Notes: generated from the letters alone by a model not told the origin. Counted from the stretch's first letter, positions 46,076 through 59,155 are shown. The stretch: 64,000 nt of DNA from Arsenophonus endosymbiont of Dermacentor nuttalli (GCA_048493715.1 JBGDCZ010000011.1:343-64342); one strand, 5' to 3'. Translations and numbers: made by a program.

Positions 46076-46104
46076 TTTACTTTACTTTACTTTACTTTAC
46101 TTTC
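46076..46104. repeat. Pentanucleotide microsatellite (TTTAC)5
   Basis: Five perfect TTTAC units plus partial TTTC, abutting the 3' end of the AKR pseudogene. Confidence 0.9.
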
Positions 46105-46105
46105 A

Positions 46106-46878
46106 TTAATCTATAATATTAAAATTTCCTTTTGGTCAATGTTAAATTAATAGCTTTAACAAAATTTTCAACCTGAGCAACAAGTAGTCGCATTGGCAAT
46201 CGTGCAGTAATTCCATAAAAGCCATTAACCAAGCAAGAGCAATTTCTGCTAAGGTTGCCTGATGCTCATCAGCAACTACCTACAACGCATTGAGAATTTT
46301 TTCACCTCTTTAATTAAGATACTTATCGACATCACTTCCTCTTGGGCTGATATTTAAGTCACTTTGACGACGATACTTATCGATTAAAAATCCTGATGCC
46401 AAACTATAGTAAGTGACACCCCCAATATTTTCTTGGTTACAAAGTGCCCTCAGATAAGCATTTAACGTCTCTTCATAAGGAGTATTTAGGTCTGGCCAGG
46501 CAAAATAGAGATCAATATAATCTGTTTGTAAACGCCGTAAAGAATCATCAACCGCTTTGGTGATCCAGCGGACAGAAAGCCCGCCCTTTCCTGGAAAACC
46601 TAAATCTGCACCAACTTTGGTAAAAATAACTAATTTATCTCTAGCTATTGAATATTTAGTCAACCAGGTGCCAATAATAGTTTCAGATTCTCCACCCCTA
46701 TTACCTGACACCAAACTTGAATAAACATCTGCGGCATCAATGGCAACTAAACCATTATCATACATAGCAATCTAATATTGTAAAACTCTCTTTTTCATTG
46801 GTCCAGCCAAATACGTTGCCGCCAAGCACAAGAAATGGAATAGCAAATCCTGTTGAGCCTAACCTTCGTAATTGCATT
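46106..46878 (-). pseudogene. Aldo/keto reductase, disrupted
   Basis: MQLRRLGSTGFAIP..GGNVFGW / IDAADVYS..GGESETIIG..RDKLVIFTKVG..LRRLQTDYIDLY. There is a stop after about 39 codons, an in-frame TAG at 46280-46282 and a C-terminal frameshift. Confidence 0.75.
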
Positions 46879-47017
46879 ATTTCCTCACTTACTTATTAAA
46901 TAAAGCTAATAGACTAGCTAGAAGATACTTAGTCTTACCATAAGGTTGGATTTGTTTAAACTTTAACGCACAGTTAATAGACAGATAAAACTCAGCTATT
47001 GTTATGTTAAGGATAAC

Positions 47018-48490
47018 TTACCAATAGCCTAACAGTTTCCACCATAAAACACCAATTACGATCCAAATAAAAAGATTGACCACACTTAATATAAAACCTA
47101 TTTTCCACCATTCCGCTAGCGTTGTATAACCAGAGCCATAGATAATCGGTGCCGTACCGGTGGCATAATGGGTTAATGACATCATTAATGAGGAAGAGAA
47201 AGCCAGGATCAAACCTAGCAACAAAGGGGGAGCACCCAAGGCTAAACCGGCAGTAAAAAATGCTGCGAACATGGCCATGATATGGGCGGTAGTACTGGCA
47301 AAAAAATAATGAGAATATACATATATCAAAACCAATAGCAACATGCCACCAATCCAGTCGATCCCCATATGATCAATAGCGGCTCCAACGATCTGAGAGA
47401 ACCAATTAATCAGTCCAAGTTTACTAAGAAAAGATGCCATCATGACTAACGCAGCAAACCAAGTAATAGTGTCCCATGCGCCCTTGGTTTTCAAAATATC
47501 ATCCCAACCTAATACGCCTGTACAAAGTAAAACAGAAAGTCCAATAAATGCCGCAGCCACAGGATTAATAGTAAAAGCACTTCCGAAAATAAGCGTGGGC
47601 ACGCCAGCCCACATAACCAACAGCATGCCAAATACAACTAAGGTAATTTTTTCTGCTCGGGAAATAGGCCCTAACTTATGCAATTTTTGCTTAGCAAAAT
47701 TTGGCGCATCCGGTGTTATTTTAATTTCTGGTGGATAAATCCAATAAATAATTAATGGCATAACTAATAACGAAATAATGCCTGGTACCAAAGCGGCTAT
47801 TGCCCACATTCCCCAACTGATCTCAAATGACGGGGTTGTATTTTCCATGATCAAACTCACAATCAATGGATTAGGTGCGGTTGCCGTAATAAACATCGCT
47901 GAAGTAATAGGATTAATATTAAAATTAACTAACGAAAGATAGCGACCAATTTTTTTTGAACTATCTAATTCTGGATCAGAGCCAAAACTATTAGAAATTG
48001 AGCGCATAATAGGATGTATTATTCCACCACCACGAGCTGTATTGCTTGGTGTAACCGGGGCTAATATTGTCTCTGCAATCGCCAATGAATAAGCAATACC
48101 TAAAGTTTTTTTGCCAAATAAAGAAATAAAATAATAACCAATACGTGCTCCTAATCCTGTCCTATTTAAACTAACAGAAATCATTATTGAAATACCTATC
48201 AACCAAATAAGTTGATTAGAAAAACCACTCAATGCATCATTAATTGCTTCTGTCGCATTATTGGGATTGGTTACTCCAGTAACAGCAATTAAAGTAATAG
48301 CTATAATTGAAATTGCACCTATTGGTAAAGCTTTACCAATGATGGCCAATATAGTACCAATAAAAAGAGCAAATAATTGCCAGGCATTAACATTAACACC
48401 ATCAGGAACAGGAATAATAAACCAAATTATGAGAGTAATTGTGATAGCAATTAAGGTTGGTAATGGCTTGGGTGGAGTCAATTTATCCAT
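47018..48490 (-). CDS. DASS-family anion:cation symporter/antiporter (CitT/TtdT/YbhI-like)
   Basis: 490-aa polytopic protein with APVTPSNTARGGGIIHPI and THYATGTAPIIYGSGY hairpin motifs. Intact. Confidence 0.8.
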   Translation of the reverse strand: MDKLTPPKPLPTLIAITITLIIWFIIPVPDGVNVNAWQLFALFIGTILAIIGKALPIGAISIIAITLIAVTGVTNPNNATEAINDALSGFSNQLIWLIGISIMISVSLNRTGLGARIGYYFISLFGKKTLGIAYSLAIAETILAPVTPSNTARGGGIIHPIMRSISNSFGSDPELDSSKKIGRYLSLVNFNINPITSAMFITATAPNPLIVSLIMENTTPSFEISWGMWAIAALVPGIISLLVMPLIIYWIYPPEIKITPDAPNFAKQKLHKLGPISRAEKITLVVFGMLLVMWAGVPTLIFGSAFTINPVAAAFIGLSVLLCTGVLGWDDILKTKGAWDTITWFAALVMMASFLSKLGLINWFSQIVGAAIDHMGIDWIGGMLLLVLIYVYSHYFFASTTAHIMAMFAAFFTAGLALGAPPLLLGLILAFSSSLMMSLTHYATGTAPIIYGSGYTTLAEWWKIGFILSVVNLFIWIVIGVLWWKLLGYW

Positions 48491-48998
48491 ATTGTATTAT
48501 CCAATTCGTGAAATATATTTACACAAGAAATAATTAACAACTTATAAATGAACAAAATCACACTAACAAATCATACAACTCCTTATTATATAAATATTTA
48601 GATTAGTTACTATGTTTATTTTTATCAAGCTTAATAATAAAAAAATATTAATATATGATTTTATTTAAAAATCCTACTTATTCTTTCAAATTTACACTTT
48701 TTTATTATAATAATAAGTTATTTTTATATATTAAAACTGTGATATGTATTACAAAAATCACAATAAATTTTAATTACTAATTTATTTAAAAATATTTCTT
48801 TTTTTATTTTTAGTGATAATTTATTTTATTATATAAAAATCTTATTTGTTCTATTAAAAAATAATGAATTTATTTAAAATAATAAAATCACTTTATAAAA
48901 TATAATATATAGTTTTATTTATTTTGATTTATTATTAAATTAAAAAACAGATAAAACACTAGCAAGTAAATTTGCCAGCTGGCCAGCAGCCAAAGTCA

Positions 48999-49034
48999 AT
49001 AAAAATGGCCTTTACAAATAATGATAAAGACCAT
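48999..49034 (-). terminator. Rho-independent terminator after gnd
   Basis: On the minus strand, ATGGTCTTTA-10 nt-TAAAGGCCAT (one G-U pair) is followed by TTTTTATT, 25 nt after the stop. Confidence 0.6.
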
Positions 49035-49058
49035 CCAATATATTTTATATAGCTCCAG

Positions 49059-50477
49059 CTATGCTTTACTCTCTAACCATTCAGTATGAAAGATGCCTTC
49101 TTTATCAATACGTTTATAGGTATGGGCGCCAAAATAGTCACGCTGTGCCTGGATTAAATTTGCCGATAAAACCGCAGAACGATAGCTATCATAATAAGAA
49201 ATTGCGGCCGTTAATGTTGGTAATGGAATACCGTTTTGTACACCAAAACAGACAATATCCCGTAATGATTGCTGATATTTATCAATAATATTTTTAAAAT
49301 AAGGCGCAAGCATAAGATTGGCTAAAGATGGATTTTGGCTATAAGCATCCGTAATTTTCTGCAAAAATTGTGCCCGAATGATACAACCAGCGCGGAAAAT
49401 CTTGGCAATTTCACCATAATTTAGCTGCCATTGATATTCGTCTGATGCCGTTTTTAATTGCTGAAAGCCCTGAGCATAGGAAACAATTTTTCCTAAATAA
49501 AGGGCACGGCGAACTTTTTCAATAAATTCATGCTTATCACCTTTGAATGACTTAACCGCTGGGCCGGTCAGCACTTTGGCTGCCGCCACCCGTTGTTCTT
49601 TTAAAAATGAGAGATAACGAGCAAATACCGATTCAGTGATAAGGGTAACTGGAACCCCCAAGTCTAAAGCACTTTGACTGGTCCATTTGCCTGTTCCTTT
49701 ATTTGCCGCTTCATCTAAAATAACATCAATTAAATAAATACCAGTTTTTTCTTCTTTCTTACGAAAAATATCCGCTGTAATCTCAATTAAATAACTACTT
49801 AATTCACCTTTATTCCATTCAGTAAAAATATCGGCTAGTTCTTCATTATTTAAATTTAATGTGTTTTTTAGTATTGAATAAACTTCAGCAATAAGCTGCA
49901 TATCACCATACTCTATGCCATTATGCACCATTTTTACATAATGGCCTGCACCATCGGGCCCAATATAACTCACACATGGCTCACCTTCGGCCTTAGCGGC
50001 AATTTGTTGCAGAATAGGAGCAACTAACTCATAAGCCTGCTTTTGACCACCAGGCATGACAGAAGGCCCTTTCAATGCGCCTTCCTCACCACCAGAGACA
50101 CCGGTGCCAATAAAGTTAAACCCTTGAGCTGAAAGCTCTTGATTACGGCGAATAGTATCCTGAAAATAAGTATTACCGCCATCGATTAGGATATCACCTT
50201 TATCTAGATATGGTGTTAATGAAGCGATAGTTTTATCAGTAGCCTGACCTGCTTTTACCATCAATAAAATACGACGTGGTTTTTCCAATGAATCAACAAA
50301 TTCCTTAATCGTATAACAGGGGATTAATTTTTTTGCTGGATTTTCTGCGATCACCTCATCGGTTTTTTCTTTAGAACGATTAAAAATAGAAACAGAATAA
50401 CCCCGACTTTCAATATTGAGCGCCAAATTACACCCCATAACAGCCATACCGACTACACCAATTTGTTGTTTTGACAT
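49059..50477 (-). CDS. gnd: 6-phosphogluconate dehydrogenase, decarboxylating
   Basis: 472 aa from [15 protein letters not shown] (ATG 50477); the ORF-track start at 50510 is a GTG extension. Collinear with E. coli Gnd. Confidence 0.95.
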   Translation of the reverse strand: MSKQQIGVVGMAVMGCNLALNIESRGYSVSIFNRSKEKTDEVIAENPAKKLIPCYTIKEFVDSLEKPRRILLMVKAGQATDKTIASLTPYLDKGDILIDGGNTYFQDTIRRNQELSAQGFNFIGTGVSGGEEGALKGPSVMPGGQKQAYELVAPILQQIAAKAEGEPCVSYIGPDGAGHYVKMVHNGIEYGDMQLIAEVYSILKNTLNLNNEELADIFTEWNKGELSSYLIEITADIFRKKEEKTGIYLIDVILDEAANKGTGKWTSQSALDLGVPVTLITESVFARYLSFLKEQRVAAAKVLTGPAVKSFKGDKHEFIEKVRRALYLGKIVSYAQGFQQLKTASDEYQWQLNYGEIAKIFRAGCIIRAQFLQKITDAYSQNPSLANLMLAPYFKNIIDKYQQSLRDIVCFGVQNGIPLPTLTAAISYYDSYRSAVLSANLIQAQRDYFGAHTYKRIDKEGIFHTEWLESKA

Positions 50478-50713
50478 GTAAAAACCCCTGTCTAACAATT
50501 GATTACCCACGATTTACAAACAAATATATTTTAACGTACTGATATATTAACTTACTCTATAAGTTTGGTGATAGTAATTTAATCCCATCAAGCTCAGGTT
50601 AACTGGGGTAAAAATAATTTAAAAAACGTTATTATATTGAAATTTTTGTTCAAAGTGCCCATTATTTTAATGGTCGGCATAAGCCGTCATACTTAGAAGG
50701 TAAAAAAAATTTT

Positions 50714-52294
50714 ATGGAATGGGTCGCTGATCCTACGATATGGGTGGGACTTCTTACCCTAATCGTACTCGAAATCGTGCTTGGCATTGATAATTTAGTC
50801 TTTATCGCTATCTTAGCGGATAAATTACCGGCAAAATTACGTAATAAAGCAAGAATGACAGGTTTAACATGCGCGCTATTTATGCGTATTATCTTATTGT
50901 TTAGTCTCACTTTACTCGTTTCTTTAACCAATCCTATTATTAACCTTTGGGGTCACCCATTTAGTGCCCGTGATCTTCTGATGCTTGGTGGTGGACTTTT
51001 TCTGCTTTTTAAAGCTACTATGGAGCTTAATGAACGGTTAGAAGGTAAAGATAAACAATCTGGTAAACAACGTAAAACTGCCAAATTTTGGGCTGTTGTA
51101 GCACAAGTAATTATATTAGATGCTATTTTTTCTCTTGATTCGGTAATAACCGCCGTTGGCATGGTTGAACACATTAGCATTATGATTGCCGCAGTCACTA
51201 TTGCTATGATCTTAATGATTATCGCGAGTAACCCATTAACAACATTCGTTAATAGCCATCCAACTATTGTTATTCTCTGTCTCAGTTTCTTACTTATGAT
51301 TGGTTTTAGCTTAGTTGCTGAAGGATTTGGTTACCTAATACCAAAAGGCTATATCTATGCCACTATCGGTTTCTCTATTATGATTGAATCTCTCAATCAA
51401 TTTGCTTCATTTAATCGACGCCGTTTTTTAAAAGGAACAAAATCACTCAGAGAGAGAACTGCCGAGGCAGTATTACGTGTTTTAGATGGACAACACGAAC
51501 GTGCTGAATTAGATCATCTCACCTCTGATTTAATCTCTGATAATAATGGTATTTTTGAGCCACAAGAACGTCAAATGATTGTTCGTTTATTAGGATTCGC
51601 TCAACGTAACGTTAGTAGTATTATGACTTCTCGCCATGACGTTGAATATATTGATATCAATCGGCCAGCGGATAAGCTACTTTATCTATTAGAAAAAACA
51701 CCACATACGCGCCTGGTTGTGACTGATGAGTCAATAAGCGATGAGCCGGTCGGCGTTGTACACGTCATCGACATCCTAAATCAGCAATTAAAAAAGCAAA
51801 AACTTAATTTACATGCCCTGATCATTCAACCATTAATCTTTCCTGAAGGGTTGTCACTATTGCAAGCTTTGGAGCAATTTCGTAAAGCTCATACCCATTT
51901 TGCCTTTATCGTTGATGAGTTTGGCTCTGTCGAAGGGATTGTTACTCTGACGGATATTATGGAAACTATCTCAGGTAATATGCCAATCAGCGAAGAAGAA
52001 GTGGATTCACGTCACGACATTCAACAACTAGAAGACAGTCGTTGGGTTGCTAATGGCTTTATGCCTTTAGAAGATCTGATCCTATATGTGCCAATTACCC
52101 TTGATGAAAAACGTGAATATGAAACGATTGCAGGATTATTAATGGAGCATCTGCAGCGAATACCAGTTGTAGGTGAACGTATCAAAATTAAAAACTGGAT
52201 TTTTGAACCATTGGAAGTCACCAGCCATCGGCTTAAAAAAGTCTTGATCACTCCGCTGCAACTAACCAAAAATGATGTTAAAAAAATACCTTAA
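50714..52294 (+). CDS. yoaE: TerC-family membrane protein with CBS/CorC domains (YoaE)
   Basis: 526 aa starting [39 protein letters not shown], near-identical to the E. coli YoaE N-terminus, with the same domain order. Confidence 0.9.
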   Translation: MEWVADPTIWVGLLTLIVLEIVLGIDNLVFIAILADKLPAKLRNKARMTGLTCALFMRIILLFSLTLLVSLTNPIINLWGHPFSARDLLMLGGGLFLLFKATMELNERLEGKDKQSGKQRKTAKFWAVVAQVIILDAIFSLDSVITAVGMVEHISIMIAAVTIAMILMIIASNPLTTFVNSHPTIVILCLSFLLMIGFSLVAEGFGYLIPKGYIYATIGFSIMIESLNQFASFNRRRFLKGTKSLRERTAEAVLRVLDGQHERAELDHLTSDLISDNNGIFEPQERQMIVRLLGFAQRNVSSIMTSRHDVEYIDINRPADKLLYLLEKTPHTRLVVTDESISDEPVGVVHVIDILNQQLKKQKLNLHALIIQPLIFPEGLSLLQALEQFRKAHTHFAFIVDEFGSVEGIVTLTDIMETISGNMPISEEEVDSRHDIQQLEDSRWVANGFMPLEDLILYVPITLDEKREYETIAGLLMEHLQRIPVVGERIKIKNWIFEPLEVTSHRLKKVLITPLQLTKNDVKKIP

Positions 52295-52353
52295 GCTAAT
52301 CCATAACGCGCTGTCATGGCGTGTTAGGTTTATAATAAAAAATTAGCCTAAAA

Positions 52354-54180
52354 CTAATTATGAGATTTCACTTCTTTTTCTAACCAATTATCTAATGCTT
52401 TTTTAGCTTGCGATTGAAATTCATTACGCAGCAATTTTTCAATATTTAATTGATATTGCAAATTTCCCCAATTGCCATAAATACGCAAAGGAATTGCCAC
52501 TTTTTTTAGTCTATTAATAAAACTATCATCCCCATACCAACCTTTATTAATTTTAACCAACAGTCGTATATCTGCAGATTGACTCGCTAAATTTAACCAA
52601 CCGTTACCATTAACATCAATATCGTCAGAAGAGGCAAACAAATTTGAAAACAACAACTTACCTTTATTAAGCTTGGTTGCAACATTTAAATGGTCAATTT
52701 GTGTATTATTATCCAGATATTGGGGAGTATCCACTTTATCGGTCAGGCGTGAAAAGGAGTGTTGGATCAATGAAACAATATTTAATCCCGTTAATTGTGC
52801 TTTATTTAACACAACATTAGCATTACCAGACCAAAAATTTAGTACCGCAAATTTACCATAACCTGGGCCTGATAAATTTGCAACTAGCATTAGTGAACCG
52901 TCTAGTTTAGTTGGTATATTAAATACTTTAAGTAAAGGTGCTAACTTAACATTATTAAATTTTGGTTTAGCGGTCATAATAGCCGGGCTGTTTTCATAAT
53001 TTACGCTAATTGGAAGTTGAAAACTTCCGCCTAATAAGCCGCCTTCTAACTGGCTAATATCTAATATCGCTTTTTTATTGACTAACTTAGCCTTGAATTT
53101 ATCAACAACTAAACCGCGGTATATTAGTTTATCGGCAGCAATGGTTACCCGAAATGGAAATTGCTTTAAATAACTTAAATCATAGCTATCAGTTTCAGCT
53201 CTAGCGATGACAGACTTAGTACTTATTTGAGACGTTATTGTGGTTTTTGAAGCGTGTTGTGGTAATAAAGGTTGCTTGCCTAAAATTTTATCTAAATCCA
53301 ATTGGCGGGAAGCGATATTTAATTGGTAATCTGGCAACTTACCAAAATGGGCAATTAAATTGCCAGTTATATTACTATCATTAACGTTAATAGCTAAATT
53401 AGAAACGGTTAATACTTGTTGCTGATCATGTAAATAATCAAACAATGTGGTACCATTACCACTAATTCCCTCAGTTGGTAAATTAATGCCGCTAATTTTA
53501 TATTCTAATTGATTAATTTCCCCTGTGATGTGATGCGGATAATCAGCAATATTTAGCTTACTTTTTAGAGAAAATGTCAGCTCTTGCTGATCCTTACTAA
53601 CATTACTGCTGAAGTTAACACTAATAAAATGATCATCTTGCCTTTTCAGCACTAACATAATATTACGCATATTCAACTGACTGTCATCATCCATCTGCCA
53701 AATTAATAAACTATCCGTTAGTTTAATTTTGTCAAAATCCAATAACCAGTTACTATCCTTACTGTTTTTTCTATTAATACTATTGAGACCTTCTGGAGCA
53801 ATCGGGCTATCTGGATTTATTTTTGCTTCACTCTCAGGGGTACAGCGTAAGACTGCACCACTAATTACAATTTGTTCAACAGAAAGTTGGTGGGAAATTA
53901 ACGGCCACAATGATACATCAAGCCTCATATTATCTGCATTAATAGCAGCTTTAGCCGCTCCTGGGGCAGTGATGGAAATCGGGCCAGTGATTATACTTAA
54001 CCTGGGCCATACATGCCAACGCATTTCTCCCTGAAAAACCAACCGATAACCACTTTTTTGTTCAACTTTGTCGATTAAATAATGACGAAAATCATTGGGA
54101 TTAACAAGCAACACTAACGTCGTTAACCCTGCCAGAATAACCACCATCAGGATAGCTAATGTTGTCAGAAATCGTTTCAT
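52354..54180 (-). CDS. asmA: Outer-membrane assembly protein AsmA
   Basis: From MKRFLTTLAILMVVILAGLTTLVLLVNPNDFR (ATG 54180), collinear with E. coli AsmA including the C-terminal PLRIYGNW motif. Confidence 0.9.
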   Translation of the reverse strand: MKRFLTTLAILMVVILAGLTTLVLLVNPNDFRHYLIDKVEQKSGYRLVFQGEMRWHVWPRLSIITGPISITAPGAAKAAINADNMRLDVSLWPLISHQLSVEQIVISGAVLRCTPESEAKINPDSPIAPEGLNSINRKNSKDSNWLLDFDKIKLTDSLLIWQMDDDSQLNMRNIMLVLKRQDDHFISVNFSSNVSKDQQELTFSLKSKLNIADYPHHITGEINQLEYKISGINLPTEGISGNGTTLFDYLHDQQQVLTVSNLAINVNDSNITGNLIAHFGKLPDYQLNIASRQLDLDKILGKQPLLPQHASKTTITSQISTKSVIARAETDSYDLSYLKQFPFRVTIAADKLIYRGLVVDKFKAKLVNKKAILDISQLEGGLLGGSFQLPISVNYENSPAIMTAKPKFNNVKLAPLLKVFNIPTKLDGSLMLVANLSGPGYGKFAVLNFWSGNANVVLNKAQLTGLNIVSLIQHSFSRLTDKVDTPQYLDNNTQIDHLNVATKLNKGKLLFSNLFASSDDIDVNGNGWLNLASQSADIRLLVKINKGWYGDDSFINRLKKVAIPLRIYGNWGNLQYQLNIEKLLRNEFQSQAKKALDNWLEKEVKSHN

Positions 54181-54317
54181 CACTTTCTCCATTAATGGTA
54201 TCCAAGCAACCAATCAATGATTTCATCTTAGACAGCTTATTTTCTGTAACCTGAGAAAATAGAAATTTTGGTTATAGCATGATTTCAGCGAAATACCGCA
54301 TTAATCAATTTTAAATA

Positions 54318-54920
54318 TTACAATTTATGGTTACTTTTACCCTCTTCGCTAATTCTACTCCCTACCGCACCTTGTTGGTTTTTATATTTTGCATCCTGAC
54401 GGCGATTATACGGACGATCAGCAGAACCGGATAAAGCTTCAAAGCTTAAGGCACCAATAATCATACCTGGTCGTAGTGCTAATGGCAGTTTGCCTGAATT
54501 ATAAAACTCTAGCACGATCTGACCACACCAACCCGGATCAATACGATGTGCAGTAACATGGACCATTAACCCCAAACGAGCCAGGGAAGAGCGACCATCC
54601 AGCCAACCAACAATACTATCAGGTAGGGTAACTGATTCTAAAGTGACCGCCAATGCTAATTCACCAGGATGCAGAAAAAAAGCATCATGCTGACTTAATG
54701 TAATTTCGTCACTCATCACCCGATCCAGTGCAGCATTGACTTCATTTTTCGGCCCACTAAGATCGATATAAGGTGCAGTATAGTCCTGAAATATTCGAAA
54801 CTTATTGCCTAAACAAACATCAACTGTTGCCCCATTGATGCGTTCGATCGATGGGCGTGGTTCAATAACCAATTTCTTTTCATCAAGCCATTTAACTATA
54901 TCACGGTCACAAAGTCGCAT
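54318..54920 (-). CDS. dcd: dCTP deaminase
   Basis: 200 aa starting [12 protein letters not shown]..[12 protein letters not shown]. Confidence 0.95.
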   Translation of the reverse strand: MRLCDRDIVKWLDEKKLVIEPRPSIERINGATVDVCLGNKFRIFQDYTAPYIDLSGPKNEVNAALDRVMSDEITLSQHDAFFLHPGELALAVTLESVTLPDSIVGWLDGRSSLARLGLMVHVTAHRIDPGWCGQIVLEFYNSGKLPLALRPGMIIGALSFEALSGSADRPYNRRQDAKYKNQQGAVGSRISEEGKSNHKL

Positions 54921-54967
54921 TTTTCCATCTCCTTGCGAGAATGCCTAATCTCTTCATAGATAAATAA

Positions 54968-55609
54968 TTACTGGCAGAACTCCCCTATTTTAGCTTTTAG
55001 AATATCAATCGCTACCCGATTTTTTCCTCCGCGAGGGACGATAATATCGGCATATTGTTTTGATGGCTCAATAAATTGGAGAAACATCGGTCGGACTGTT
55101 TCAGTATATTGTTCAATGACAGAATCTAATGTTCGTCCTCGTTCATTTACATCCCGTTTAATTCTTCTTACTAAACAAATATCCAGCGGCGTATCAACAT
55201 AAATGGCAAAATCCATATTTTTACGTAAACGCTTATCCGTTAGTAATAAAATACCTTCAATAATAATCACTTTTTTCGGCTGAAAAAAAATTGTATCACT
55301 CTTACGTGTATGCTGGCTATAATCATATTGTGGCAACTCAACCCCTTCACCGGTCTTTAATAATTGGAGATGATGAAAAAGCAGATCATGATCCATTGAA
55401 TTTGGATGATCGTAATTAACTTTTACCCGTTCTTCCATCGGAATATCATGTTGATCTCGATAGTAGCAGTCCTCAGCAATAACACCAATATTATGATCAC
55501 CAACTTGAGTACGTAATTCATGATAAAGCGTTTTCGCAATAAGACTTTTACCAGATGCAGAAGCACCTGATATACCTACGATAGCGCACTTATGTGCTGT
55601 GTCAGCCAT
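54968..55609 (-). CDS. udk: Uridine/cytidine kinase
   Basis: 213 aa with P-loop GASASGKS and motif VNYDHPxSMDH. Confidence 0.95.
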   Translation of the reverse strand: MADTAHKCAIVGISGASASGKSLIAKTLYHELRTQVGDHNIGVIAEDCYYRDQHDIPMEERVKVNYDHPNSMDHDLLFHHLQLLKTGEGVELPQYDYSQHTRKSDTIFFQPKKVIIIEGILLLTDKRLRKNMDFAIYVDTPLDICLVRRIKRDVNERGRTLDSVIEQYTETVRPMFLQFIEPSKQYADIIVPRGGKNRVAIDILKAKIGEFCQ

Positions 55610-55795
55610 TTTAAATAACCTGAACTTGAATAAATGGAATAATATAACTAAATATTATGATCGCAGGAATGATAAAGGGTTATTGTAGTATCTTCCAGCC
55701 TTTAAAATTAGGTCTTGCTAATTTTTATAGCAAAACCTAATAATAATCATCGCTACATAGTTATTTTTAATCAATAAGTTATGAGATTAATTAGT

Positions 55796-56908
55796 TTAAA
55801 TAGTTCGAAAAGCAATTTCGGTGGGAATTTTTTCCCCGTCCCAATACATTTGCGCAGAAATAGTCGATGCAATTTGCCGATAAATATCAGCAAACTCACC
55901 ATCTGGATCTCGGATAACCGTTGGTTGACCTTGATCTAAATCTTCACGCAACGATATATGTAAGGGGATCTTACCTAAAAGGTTACATTGATATTTTTCA
56001 GCCAATCTTTCAGCACCACCAGAACCAAAAATAGGCTCTATATGACCACAATTACTACAAATATGTAGACTCATATTTTCAACAATCCCTAAGACAGGAA
56101 CTTTCACTTTGTCAAACATAGCGATACCTTTCATCACATCTACCAATGCTATATCTTGTGGGGTGGTCACTACAATTGCCGCAGTAACTGGTATATTATG
56201 TGATAATGTTAATTGAATATCACCAGTTCCTGGTGGCATATCAACCACCAAATAATCTAAATCTGGCCATGCAGTATCCTGTAACATTTGTATTAAAGCC
56301 TTGCTAGCCATTGGACCACGCCATATCATTGCATTGTCGTCATTAACCAAATATCCAATTGAATTCGAGGCCAGCCCATAAGCCGTAATAGGTACCATGT
56401 GATGCCCATCAGGTGATTTAGGCCGCTTATTTTTGGTTGCCAGCATAGTCGGAATAGAAGGACCATAAATATCAGCATCCAAAATACCTACCTTTGCCCC
56501 TTCTTGCGCCAATGCCAAAGCTAAATTCACTGTAGTTGTTGATTTGCCAACCCCACCTTTACCTGAACTGACAGCAATAATATTGCGGATCCCTTTAATA
56601 CCAGGTAAATCATTCACTCTACGTAATGTATTAATATTATGACGTAATTTGCACTCCACTGCACGGGCGCCAGCTATTTTTCGTAATTGTGCTGTTTGCT
56701 GTTCAATTAATAGCTTAAATGGCGTTTTCCATGCAAAAGGCATAACTAATTCAATATGTAAAACATCATCTAATAATGCACAATGATATAAGGCTTTTAA
56801 AGTACTGAGTTTATTGAGCAGTGTTGGATGGGAAAATGTATCCAAAACCTCAGCAACTTGCTGAGTTAAATGTTCTGGTTTTATTTGTTCGAAGGATCCT
56901 GAATTCAT
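55796..56908 (-). CDS. apbC: Fe-S cluster carrier ATPase ApbC/Mrp
   Basis: 370 aa with SGKGGVGKST and CxxC (CSNCGH), divergent from metG as in E. coli. Confidence 0.92.
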   Translation of the reverse strand: MNSGSFEQIKPEHLTQQVAEVLDTFSHPTLLNKLSTLKALYHCALLDDVLHIELVMPFAWKTPFKLLIEQQTAQLRKIAGARAVECKLRHNINTLRRVNDLPGIKGIRNIIAVSSGKGGVGKSTTTVNLALALAQEGAKVGILDADIYGPSIPTMLATKNKRPKSPDGHHMVPITAYGLASNSIGYLVNDDNAMIWRGPMASKALIQMLQDTAWPDLDYLVVDMPPGTGDIQLTLSHNIPVTAAIVVTTPQDIALVDVMKGIAMFDKVKVPVLGIVENMSLHICSNCGHIEPIFGSGGAERLAEKYQCNLLGKIPLHISLREDLDQGQPTVIRDPDGEFADIYRQIASTISAQMYWDGEKIPTEIAFRTI

Positions 56909-57127
56909 CGCAGCTCCTTTTATTTGATATTAAATTTAGCAACAATTGATCACTGCACCATACCAGAGAACAATTTAATTAAGATAAATAGATAATAAAA
57001 ACGACACTTATCAAGCAAAATTACGATAAAATAATGATAGATTAATCTTGTTCAAGCCTAGCCGGAAAAAACACAATCGGTTAACATCAACTATTGTTCA
57101 ATTTTTTATGGAAGTTAGATCCTTACT

Positions 57128-59155
57128 ATGTCTCAAGTCGCGAAAAAACTTTTGGTAACCTGTGCGTTACCTTATGCTAACGGTTCAATTCACCTTGGCC
57201 ATATGTTAGAACATATTCAGGCCGATATTTGGGTTCGTTATCAACGAATGCGCGGCAAAGAGGTTTATTTTATCTGTGCCGATGATACCCATGGCACACC
57301 AATCATGCTAAAAGCTCAGCAATTAGGCATAACACCTGAGGAGATGATTACTAAAGTAAATCAGGAACATCAACATGATCTTGCTGACTTTGCCATTAGT
57401 TATGATAATTACCATTCAACTCATAGTGTAGAAAATAAAACATTATCTGAGCAAATTTATTTGTCCCTAAAAAATAATGGCTATATCAAAAGCAAAACAA
57501 TCTCGCAGTTTTATGATCCTAAGCAGGGTATGTTTCTTCCCGATCGCTTTGTTAAAGGGATCTGCCCAAAATGCCGAGCGGCTGATCAATACGGTGATAA
57601 TTGTGAAGTCTGTGGTGCAACTTATAACCCAACGGAGCTTATTGATCCCCATTCGGTAATTTCTGGCGTAACGCCTGAAATGCGCGAAACAAAGCATTTT
57701 TTCTTTGATCTACCGGCATTTAGCAATATGTTGCAAAGCTGGACACGCTCAGGAGCACTACAACAGCAAGTCGCCAATAAAATGCAAGAGTGGTTTGAGG
57801 CGGGTTTACAGCAATGGGATATTACTCGTGATGCCCCTTACTTTGGTTTTGAAATCCCTAATGAGCCAGGCAAATATTTTTACGTCTGGTTAGATGCGCC
57901 TATTGGTTATATGGGAACATTCAAAAACCTTTGTGAAAAACAAACCAACATCGATTTCCATACTTATTGGCACAAAGATTCAACCACTGATCTTTACCAC
58001 TTTATCGGCAAAGACATTGTTTACTTCCATAGCCTATTTTGGCCGGCAATATTAGAAGGTAGCGGTTATCGTAAACCTAGCAATATCTTTGTTCACGGTT
58101 ATATAACCGTTAATGGTGCCAAAATGTCTAAGTCACGAGGCACTTTTATTACCGCACGGTGCTATTTAGATCATCTGGATGCTGATTGTTTACGTTACTA
58201 TTATGCCGCTAAACTCTTTTCTCGTATTGATGATATTGATCTCAACTTAGAAGACTTTGTTCAGCGGGTAAATAGTGACATCGTAAATAAAGTTGTCAAC
58301 CTTGCAGCACGCAATGCCGGATTTATCAACAAACGCTTTCAGGGTAAATTATCACCACGCCTTGCGGCTCCCGACCTTTACCAGCAATTTATTGCAGCGG
58401 CAAACAAAATTGGTCAAGAATTTTGTCAGCTTGAATATAATAAAGCGATTCGTGAAATTATGTTACTTGTCGATCTAGCTAATCGTTATATCGATGAACA
58501 AGCACCTTGGATCGTCGCTAAGCAAGAAGACCGTGAGCAAGATTTACATGATATATGTTCTATGGGGATTAACCTATTTCGCGTACTGATGACTTATTTA
58601 AAACCCATATTACCTGGATTAACCAGCCGCACAGAAACTTTTTTAAATATTTCACTCAATTGGGATGACATTAACCACCCTTTGTTAGATCATAAAATTA
58701 CCCCATTTAAAACCCTATTTCAACGTATTGAAATAAACCAAGTAACCGCCATGTTAGCAGCATCTAGTGAAAATATAACCAATCAAACCATAACTAATAA
58801 AGAAAGTTCAGAAAATCCTATCCAAGAGACAATCAGTTTTGATGACTTTAACAAAGTAGACTTACGTGTTGCTCTCATTAAACAAGCCGATTTTGTAAAC
58901 GGTTCCGATAAGCTGCTAAAGCTACAATTAGATCTGGGTTATTGCAGCCGGCAAGTTTTTTCTGGAATTCGCTCCGCTTATCCTGATCCCAAAGTACTTG
59001 AAGGCCGCTTAACTATTATGGTAGCTAATTTAGCCGCAAGAAAAATGCGCTTCGGTATTTCCGAAGGAATGGTATTAGCCGCTGGTCCTGGTAACAAAGA
59101 TATTTTTCTATTAAGTCCAGATGCTGGCGCCAAACCCGGCATGCAAGTAAAATAG
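57128..59155 (+). CDS. metG: Methionyl-tRNA synthetase
   Basis: 675 aa with HIGH-type motif ([11 protein letters not shown]), KMSKS, Zn knuckles CPKC..CEVCG and a C-terminal tRNA-binding domain. Confidence 0.97.
   Translation: MSQVAKKLLVTCALPYANGSIHLGHMLEHIQADIWVRYQRMRGKEVYFICADDTHGTPIMLKAQQLGITPEEMITKVNQEHQHDLADFAISYDNYHSTHSVENKTLSEQIYLSLKNNGYIKSKTISQFYDPKQGMFLPDRFVKGICPKCRAADQYGDNCEVCGATYNPTELIDPHSVISGVTPEMRETKHFFFDLPAFSNMLQSWTRSGALQQQVANKMQEWFEAGLQQWDITRDAPYFGFEIPNEPGKYFYVWLDAPIGYMGTFKNLCEKQTNIDFHTYWHKDSTTDLYHFIGKDIVYFHSLFWPAILEGSGYRKPSNIFVHGYITVNGAKMSKSRGTFITARCYLDHLDADCLRYYYAAKLFSRIDDIDLNLEDFVQRVNSDIVNKVVNLAARNAGFINKRFQGKLSPRLAAPDLYQQFIAAANKIGQEFCQLEYNKAIREIMLLVDLANRYIDEQAPWIVAKQEDREQDLHDICSMGINLFRVLMTYLKPILPGLTSRTETFLNISLNWDDINHPLLDHKITPFKTLFQRIEINQVTAMLAASSENITNQTITNKESSENPIQETISFDDFNKVDLRVALIKQADFVNGSDKLLKLQLDLGYCSRQVFSGIRSAYPDPKVLEGRLTIMVANLAARKMRFGISEGMVLAAGPGNKDIFLLSPDAGAKPGMQVK

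Noticed and set aside
48738-48753. CRP-like site TGTGA-TATGTA-TTACA upstream of the DASS transporter
   Set aside because: One half-site is imperfect and the site is about 250 bp from the start codon in nearly pure A/T DNA, so a chance match is likely.
50520-50713. Possible yybP-ykoY (Mn) riboswitch upstream of TerC-family yoaE
   Set aside because: I could not find the conserved GGGGAGUAG or CUUGACA-type cores. Only a small imperfect hairpin (about 50669-50689) lies before the Shine-Dalgarno. The mntP leader, where such a riboswitch is expected, lies outside the window.
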